From positions 1 to 23,705 of the forward strand of contig JBBIRR010000054.1 of assembly GCA_037441705.1 (NCBI GenBank): DNA of 23,705 nt, in the 5' to 3' direction. This document shows, piece by piece, positions 18,428 to 23,705 of the stretch. The position numbers were made by a program, and so were the translations under genes. The notes under the pieces are model-generated. The model was not told the origin of the DNA, did not search any database, and saw nothing but the letters and a program-made list of their open reading frames with translations. How positions within the stretch are numbered: the stretch's first letter is position 1; every line of letters starts with the position of its first letter. Source of the stretch: Ignavibacteriales bacterium. GTDB taxonomy: Bacteria; Bacteroidota; Ignavibacteria; UBA10030; UBA6906.

Positions 18428-19252
18428 TCATACTGGTGTTCCAGCAATCCATGCCTCGTTCACCGCTCTGATAAGGGCATCACGGTTGCGCGCATCCTCA
18501 ACGATGCTGATCATGAAGGCTCTGGACCCCGCATGGTTGAGGGACGCGCCGATATGCACGCAAACAGACTGGTCCACGACCAAGAATCGGTCGTGAAAGT
18601 CCGAAGATGTCCGCAACTCGATCCGCACCTCCGGATGTTGTGCGACAAACGTCTGGGCTTCTGCTTTGAGCCCGCTTGGATTGTTTCGGCAGAGCAAGCG
18701 GATAGTCATCGGACGGAGGCCAGACGACTCCAGAATACCGAACAGGGCACGATCACAATAGGGGTCAACAACCAGTAAATCCTTCTCTGCCTTGTCGATG
18801 ACCTTACGAACTGCAACAAACGCATCCCATTGCGAATCGCGAGGGAAGAACATCTCCCTGATCTGTGGGTCGAGTGTAACCAGTCGGTCCTCTTGAAAGC
18901 CCCAGCCGATCTTGGCGAGCGCAGCCAGCAGGGCTTCTCGTGATTGCTGTCTGATGGCCATGAACCGTCCCAGGGCAGCACTCGCAGCCGCCAACCGCCC
19001 TGCCGCAGACAACGCATCGTATGCTGCCAGAACTCGGGGACGCAAAGCTCGGATCCTGGTGCTGTGAGAGAAGTCTGCGCTGCTCGAAAGAGCAAGATCG
19101 AACGCGAGGCCATCACTGGTGAATGTCTCAATGAACAAATCGGCGCTGTTTGCCTCTGAGGCGAAGCTGACGAGAACCCGAAACGGGTCGAACTCACTGG
19201 AAATGTGCTTGTCCATCGCCACCATGCCCGGAGCATCACTCCCCGATCTCAT
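18428..19252 (-). CDS. Hypothetical protein with C-terminal phospholipase D-like (nuclease-type) domain, HDR variant
   Basis: LLVVDPY ... FHDRFLVVD...HIGASLNHAG matches the H-x-K/R-x4-D-x6-G-x-S-x-N pattern; helical N-terminal half unrecognised; ATGA overlap with the upstream gene. Confidence 0.78.
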   Translation of the reverse strand: MRSGSDAPGMVAMDKHISSEFDPFRVLVSFASEANSADLFIETFTSDGLAFDLALSSSADFSHSTRIRALRPRVLAAYDALSAAGRLAAASAALGRFMAIRQQSREALLAALAKIGWGFQEDRLVTLDPQIREMFFPRDSQWDAFVAVRKVIDKAEKDLLVVDPYCDRALFGILESSGLRPMTIRLLCRNNPSGLKAEAQTFVAQHPEVRIELRTSSDFHDRFLVVDQSVCVHIGASLNHAGSRAFMISIVEDARNRDALIRAVNEAWIAGTPV

Positions 19253-20118
19253 TCTGCTCCCTTCAAGAAGAACGCCTTGCCGGGAATCCGTGACCAGTCC
19301 CTCGAAAACCGTGGCTTTAACGGTTTCAGTTCCTTCAAGCTTTTCAGCGGACGCAACTGCTTTAAGCTCTTGAGTGGTGCTGTGTCGACCGGAGTGCGAA
19401 AATTCTCGGCCAATGCGGCTACAACACGCCCATCGTGGTCATAAACAACGCCTGATTGAAACCATCCAAGGTGCTTCCCGTTGAATCCGTAAATGTCCTC
19501 GTCATCCAAATACGCTGATGGCTTGCCTGACCAAAGGTAAATGGTCATGTCTTGGTCTGGTGCAATGTAGGCGACTGCGCTGCCAGTGGAATCGTAAAGG
19601 TCGATGTCGCTATCGCGTGCTGCAACCTTAGATGCGCCACGAGTCCCGGTGACCAGCTTTGCCTCGGCTGTACCGCGCTCCCCCACCAGCTTAAACGGAT
19701 ACTGCGGGTTGCCGCTCTCAACAACCACGACATTGTCTGTTGGCAACCAGAGCATCGTATTGATCTTGTCGAGTGGAGAAATCTGCCAAAGCGAGCCGTC
19801 CTCCAACTGAATGAAGGCTCCACCGTCGGCTTTACTCTTGACCCAGTGCTTCTGTCCAGTGGCAGCGTAAGCCGCGGCCTTCGGGACAGTCGTGGACTCA
19901 GCGGAAGCCTTCGTAGCGACGGTGATGGCAAAGCCCGTGAGCCATTGCTCAAGCGCCGCCTTCTCCTTTGGTGAGAGCTTGGATACCCCTGTCCTCTGCT
20001 GCTCTGCCTTGGTCATGATCGTGTCGAGCGAAAGACCTTGCGGCGGTGTATCGGCTGCGAGAGCAGCCGATCCTGAGACAGCCACTAAAACGATCAGTTG
20101 TCGCAGGAGTGTGTTCAT
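19249..20118 (-). CDS. Secreted multidomain hypothetical protein with C-terminal 4-fold beta-flower-like domain
   Basis: ATG 20118, signal peptide ending SAALA-A; helical segment GVSKLSPKEKAALEQWL; IQLEDGSLWQI beta domain; LYDSTGSAVAYI / IYLWSGKPSAYL / IYGFNGKHLGWF / VYDHDGRVVA repeats; PLK-rich tail. Confidence 0.78.
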   Translation of the reverse strand: MNTLLRQLIVLVAVSGSAALAADTPPQGLSLDTIMTKAEQQRTGVSKLSPKEKAALEQWLTGFAITVATKASAESTTVPKAAAYAATGQKHWVKSKADGGAFIQLEDGSLWQISPLDKINTMLWLPTDNVVVVESGNPQYPFKLVGERGTAEAKLVTGTRGASKVAARDSDIDLYDSTGSAVAYIAPDQDMTIYLWSGKPSAYLDDEDIYGFNGKHLGWFQSGVVYDHDGRVVAALAENFRTPVDTAPLKSLKQLRPLKSLKELKPLKPRFSRDWSRIPGKAFFLKGAE

Positions 20119-20139
20119 AGCGAGACTCGCTTTGCTGTC

Positions 20140-20277
20140 GCCCAACGACAGAACTGAGCGACAGCCGCCCCGCCGTGATAACGCCCGTGACTCCCGACAA
20201 CCAGAGCGCGCCGCCGAAGCCCGCGACTCTCAAACTGCGAAGCGGGGCGGCTGTTCGCTCCAGTGATTTTGTTAGCC
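20140..20277 (-). mobile_element. attC site 5 (138 bp)
   Basis: R'' GGCTAAC contains the mrr TAA stop; R' GTTGGGC; near copy of site 4. Confidence 0.92.
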
Positions 20278-21189
20278 CAGTTCTTCACTGAAGTAATCGT
20301 TGTCAATCCGCTTCACCTCGTATGTGGCGGTCGTGGAGACCCCGATGCCAAAATCAATCATCAGATTCCACAACTGCTCGCCGTCGATCAGGACGATCTT
20401 GCTGTCGATGCGTGATGCATACTCAACCGCCTCTTTCGAGAAGTCGGAGGTGGTGATGAAAATACCCTTGCGGGCGCGGACGCCCTGCAATGCACCGGCG
20501 AACTTCTGAATCTCCGGCCTGCTCACCGTCTGCTCCCACTTCTTCGCTTGGATATAAATCGTGTCGAGTCCAAGCCGATCCTCCTTGATGATGCCATCAA
20601 TGCCCTCATCGCCGCTCTTGCCTATGGCCTGCCCCGCATCCTTGCGCGTGCCGCCATAGCCCATCCGGACAAGTAACTCGACCACCAGTCTCTCGAAAAA
20701 TGCTGGCGATGCCGACTTCAGCTTGGCGAGTATCTCACGGCCCAAACTCTCGCGCAGAGCCTCGAATGACTGCTCCATCATCTCTTCGGGGGTCTGATCG
20801 GCGTCAGAAGTAACAAGCTCTCCGTTTCCCTCTAGCTTGTCTCGCTTCCGGTCTCGCGCTTCCAAATAACCGGGCTGCCTTCGGAGAAGGCGCAAATCAA
20901 TGCGCTCGTGCGTCGTCTTCAGAAGCTCCAGCCCTCGTGCCGTGATCTTGAACACACCTCTGCCAGTTGGCTCGATGAGACCGGCCATGCGCAAGTGTGT
21001 CTTCGCCCAGGCAACACGGTTCGTAAACACTTCCTGGCGTCCACTCGGCAAGAGCCGCTTCCGCTCCTCATCGGTCAGCTCGAAATGGTCGCCGAGTCGA
21101 TCAAGGGTTTCGCGAACCGAATGCTCCTTGCTGTCGCTGATGACGTCCATCAGTGGCCGCATGACCGACTGGAAATCAGGTATGGGCAT
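20272..21189 (-). CDS. mrr: Mrr restriction system protein (type IV, modification-dependent; cassette gene)
   Basis: Mrr_N (IPDFQSVMRPL...NRVAWAKTHL) plus catalytic domain FERLVVELL..MGY, GDEGIDG, IYIQAKKW, GIFITTSDF, IVLIDG. Confidence 0.95.
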   Translation of the reverse strand: MPIPDFQSVMRPLMDVISDSKEHSVRETLDRLGDHFELTDEERKRLLPSGRQEVFTNRVAWAKTHLRMAGLIEPTGRGVFKITARGLELLKTTHERIDLRLLRRQPGYLEARDRKRDKLEGNGELVTSDADQTPEEMMEQSFEALRESLGREILAKLKSASPAFFERLVVELLVRMGYGGTRKDAGQAIGKSGDEGIDGIIKEDRLGLDTIYIQAKKWEQTVSRPEIQKFAGALQGVRARKGIFITTSDFSKEAVEYASRIDSKIVLIDGEQLWNLMIDFGIGVSTTATYEVKRIDNDYFSEELG

Positions 21190-21715
21190 GTGCGTTCAGG
21201 GCTAACGCTAAGGTCAGCGACGGGAGCCAGCCGCCGATGACGTTCGATTTGTCTCTGAGCGAATCGGCTGGCTCCCGTTCGCTGGACCGTCTGGTTCGGA
21301 GTTCACTTTCGTAAACCTCAAAATCCTCCTCCCCTATCCTCCTCCCCTCGGGCAACGACTCCAACTCGAGCTCTAACCGCAGATCACGCCTCAGCTCGTC
21401 GAGAAGCTCATCGAACGACAAGCCTCCTCCGGCTGCAGCTTTGCCAACCACATCGCTGGCCAGAGCAACCTGCTTGCTCGTGCCGAAAAGCTGGATGTCG
21501 CTGATTGCGCACTCAATCTTCTTGAACGCCTCCGGCATCTCACTGGGCGGTCGGTTGCTGGAATACTCTATCTGCCGATACGCCTCGATCAGAAACTGAA
21601 GCCGAATCTCGCGTTTCTTGGCGTCCCTGTCCTGGCGCTTCAGATCGCGCGCTGACAAGTAATACACGGCAATGGCCGCGATGGCGCCAATGAATGCTGC
21701 AACAACCTCGGTCAT
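21176..21715 (-). CDS. Hypothetical protein with a single N-terminal TM helix; C-terminus frameshifted through attC 6
   Basis: ATG 21715 preceded by GGAG inside the attC 7 core; VVAAFIGAIAAIAVYYL TM segment; FLIEAYR and DIQLFGT motifs; the last ~40 codons are translated attC and flank. Confidence 0.8.
   Translation of the reverse strand: MTEVVAAFIGAIAAIAVYYLSARDLKRQDRDAKKREIRLQFLIEAYRQIEYSSNRPPSEMPEAFKKIECAISDIQLFGTSKQVALASDVVGKAAAGGGLSFDELLDELRRDLRLELELESLPEGRRIGEEDFEVYESELRTRRSSEREPADSLRDKSNVIGGWLPSLTLALALNAHAHT
21200..21300 (-). mobile_element. attC site 6 (101 bp)
   Basis: R'' TCCGAAC ... ggtccagcgaacgggagccagccg ... cggctggctcccgtcgctgacc ... R' GTTAGCC. Confidence 0.88.
21323..21348. 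repeat. 13-bp perfect tandem duplication (atcctcctcccct x2)
   Basis: 21323-21335 equals 21336-21348; length is not a multiple of 3. Confidence 0.95.
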
Positions 21716-21725
21716 GCGCAATTAC

Positions 21726-21818
21726 TCCGAACGACTAAGCTCACCGACGCCGGACCTATGACTTTCGATTGTCAACCGAGACGCGATCCCGGCGTTCGGT
21801 GCAGCCGGTTTGTTCGGC
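21726..21818 (-). mobile_element. attC site 7 (93 bp)
   Basis: R'' GCCGAAC ... ctgcaccgaacgccggg ... tccggcgtcggtgagc ... R' GTTCGGA. Confidence 0.88.
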
Positions 21819-21822
21819 ATGG

Positions 21823-22224
21823 TCATTGTGTCTTCAATCGCGGTGTCAAACTCACCATCATGCTGCCAACGGAAATGGCGCATTCCTGACCGGGTCGTGC
21901 GGTGAGCTGCGACTGGCCCAAACGCTGAACCTTCCCGCCGCCGGTCTTCGTCTCGACAACCAACTCCATCTGGAGATTACCGTCGGGTAAAACGGTCGGT
22001 GTGATAACGCAGTCCTTCCCTTCGTCAAGGCTGACACGCTTCTGTGTGGATGCTGTCAACTCGACCTGACCCAAATCTACTGTCGGCATGTCCGCAGGGA
22101 GGGATGACACCTGCCGCACGTTGGTCGCCTGTCCGGTCGGCTCGCTCGGACTCTTCGAGCAACTGACCCCGATCATTGTGACCAGAACCGCGGCGCTTGT
22201 GGTGATGATGTGTGGTGTTTTCAT
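21823..22224 (-). CDS. Hypothetical lipoprotein (cassette gene)
   Basis: MK + hydrophobic stretch + IGVS-C lipobox-like site, Ser/Pro linker, beta-rich domain with two Cys; fills the space between attC 8 and attC 7. Confidence 0.75.
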   Translation of the reverse strand: MKTPHIITTSAAVLVTMIGVSCSKSPSEPTGQATNVRQVSSLPADMPTVDLGQVELTASTQKRVSLDEGKDCVITPTVLPDGNLQMELVVETKTGGGKVQRLGQSQLTARPGQECAISVGSMMVSLTPRLKTQ

Positions 22225-22242
22225 AGTATGTGGTGTGTAGAT

Positions 22243-22304
22243 GCCGAACGCTCCGGTTCAGCGGCGGCGCGCAGCGGGCCGTCCGCTGCAACCGGTTGTT
22301 GGGC
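22243..22304 (-). mobile_element. attC site 8 (62 bp)
   Basis: R'' GCCCAAC-aaccggttgcagcggacggcccgctgcgcgccgccgctgaaccggagc-GTTCGGC R'. Confidence 0.92.
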
Positions 22305-22325
22305 GGCCCCCCTTGCGGATGACCA

Positions 22326-23705
22326 TCACGTCGACGCCCGCGATAGTGGGACCCATGCGTGGGTTTCCGGATCGAACCGCTCAAGCCTGGAAGCTGACGC
22401 GATTTCCAGGAACCGACGCGCAATCGCGATTGCCGGCGCCTTCTTCGGTTCCTCGAAGCCGGGCGGGAGTCGTGGCGGGACCAAACAGCTCGGGCACCCG
22501 TGTCTGCACGGGCACCTTTCTGCGATGCCGATCGCCGTCTCGATCACCGTCGGCCACACCTCAAGGGCCTTTTCCGCGACCCCGATGCCGCCCGGCACGG
22601 TCTCGTAAAGGTGGACCGTTGCTGGGGGCCTGAGACTCGTCAGCGTGCCCAGGTCGTGCCTGTCGCACGGCACGACGAATGGCGCGCCGATTCGCAGGAG
22701 TTGCTCGAGACCGAACAGATCTCGTACGTCCGAATGATTTCCAAGGATCGACGCATCCGCCAGCTCGAGCCAGAAGCCTCTCACGTTCGACGGGCGCGCG
22801 AGCTGGGTTCGCTGTTCGTCGACAACCTCCCCTGAGCGCGTGTCAATCAGCCGGAAGCCCCCGAAGTTCTCGAAGACAGTTAGTCTGCCGTAGCAGGCGG
22901 CAAGGTTCTCCGCATACCGGATGCCGGAAAGGATCTCGGCGCCCTGTGTGACCGTCCAGAAGATGCCCTCAGTGCGAAGATGCGGCTCGGCGTCCTCCAA
23001 TTGCACCTCGCCTGCGGCGTGCGCGGTCACACGGTACGGCTTCCCGAAGTGGTTGTAGATCGCGCCGACGTACGCTTCCCGGAAAAGATGAACGTCGGAG
23101 ATGTCCCCGACCTCCTTGCCCTTGTACATCAGGCGATATGTCGTGCCAGAGCCGCCGCGGATGCTCAGCCTCTGGTAGCTCGGTCCGTGACTCTTGACAG
23201 GCTCTTTCCCGTCCATCGCTTTGCGGGCGAAGTCGAAGAACGGGCTTCCCAAGTGCTCGGCGAGTTCGGGCGTGAACTCGGCGCCGCACTCGTGCACCAG
23301 GTACGGTACGTGCCTGGCCATCAGTTCCTCGTTGTCGACGCCGATCAGGATCTCGTCGAGTGGCTTGTCCAGGAACGCGTCGATATTGCTCGCAAAGAAC
23401 CGGTCGAAGGGGTTGTTGAACGCGTAGAAGAGGACATAGGCCTTCTTGTCCCAACTGCGCCCGACGCGGCCGATCCGCTGCCAGGCCGAGAGGACGCTGT
23501 CGGGAAACCCGGCGAGGATGCACACGTCGAGCCGACCGATGTCCACCCCGATCTCCAAGGCGTTGGTGCTGAAGACGGCCTTGTAGCGGCCAGCGCGGAG
23601 TCCGTCCTCGATCTCCCGGCGCAGCTCCGCCTCGTACCCGCTTCGATAGGGCGCGATCGTATCAGGGTCGATCCCGTGCTCGCCTGCGTCGCGTTTGGCT
23701 CGGAT
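22326..23705 (-). CDS. 5'-truncated DEAD/DEAH-box helicase with C-terminal DUF1998 (MrfA/Hrq1/DrmB-like) zinc-binding domain
   Basis: Frame is open to the window edge: PYRSGYEAELRREIE...STNALEIGVDIG, QRIGRVGR, EAYVGAIY, CDRHD, LYETVPGGIG, CPCRHGCPSC. Confidence 0.93.
   Translation of the reverse strand: MRAKRDAGEHGIDPDTIAPYRSGYEAELRREIEDGLRAGRYKAVFSTNALEIGVDIGRLDVCILAGFPDSVLSAWQRIGRVGRSWDKKAYVLFYAFNNPFDRFFASNIDAFLDKPLDEILIGVDNEELMARHVPYLVHECGAEFTPELAEHLGSPFFDFARKAMDGKEPVKSHGPSYQRLSIRGGSGTTYRLMYKGKEVGDISDVHLFREAYVGAIYNHFGKPYRVTAHAAGEVQLEDAEPHLRTEGIFWTVTQGAEILSGIRYAENLAACYGRLTVFENFGGFRLIDTRSGEVVDEQRTQLARPSNVRGFWLELADASILGNHSDVRDLFGLEQLLRIGAPFVVPCDRHDLGTLTSLRPPATVHLYETVPGGIGVAEKALEVWPTVIETAIGIAERCPCRHGCPSCLVPPRLPPGFEEPKKAPAIAIARRFLEIASASRLERFDPETHAWVPLSRAST

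Larger units (their letters stand above)
15484..23705 (-). mobile_element. Integron gene-cassette array (integrase not in window; CALIN or distal part of an integron)
   Basis: Eight attC-like imperfect palindromes, each just downstream of co-oriented minus-strand genes of unrelated function and heterogeneous base composition; entry core and inverse core are complementary for six cassettes. Confidence 0.93.

Noticed and set aside
18253-18447. 65-aa N-terminal extension of the SDR in the ORF track (start 18447)
   Set aside because: It is translated attC 4 sequence; a good RBS and the SDR fold start at ATG 18252.
16601-22304. Intergenic hairpins read as rho-independent terminators
   Set aside because: They lack U-tracts and have AAC/GTT-bounded R and L boxes with cassette-wise core complementarity, which fits attC better.
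18428-23705. Calling helicase + PLD + Mrr a DISARM system
   Set aside because: The genes are in separate attC-bounded cassettes and no DrmA, DrmD/E or methyltransferase is visible.

Overview
The window has two parts. Left part (1 to ~14.5 kb): ordinary chromosome of a T9SS-bearing Bacteroidota/Ignavibacteria-like organism (lineage inferred from two PNPFNP-type C-terminal sorting domains). It holds two T9SS cargo genes, a conserved hypothetical gene plus fahA, a CelD/BcsL-like GNAT with an internal 69-bp duplication, ettA, a small membrane protein and a Tat-exported flavin amine oxidase. It ends with a TPP-riboswitch-controlled thiamine salvage operon (TonB-dependent receptor, thiamine pyrophosphokinase, sodium:solute symporter). 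Right part (14.5 kb to end): accessory DNA. A RelE/ParE toxin-antitoxin pair sits between two copies of a 91-bp repeat of the symporter 3' end. It is followed by a minus-strand integron gene-cassette array with 7 intact and 1 degenerate attC sites and no integrase in view. For six consecutive cassettes the entry core is the exact complement of that cassette's own attC inverse core, the signature of real IntI-mediated assembly. Cargo: MrfA/Hrq1-like DUF1998 helicase (partial), a lipoprotein, a membrane-anchored hypothetical protein frameshifted through its attC into mrr, Mrr, a two-gene beta-flower + PLD-like cassette, an SDR, a 24-aa-repeat CFI-box protein, and a decayed agmatine deiminase. 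The uncharacterised cassettes are candidates for new defence or conflict systems; that role is inferred, not shown. All family assignments are from motif recognition by eye, not database searches.
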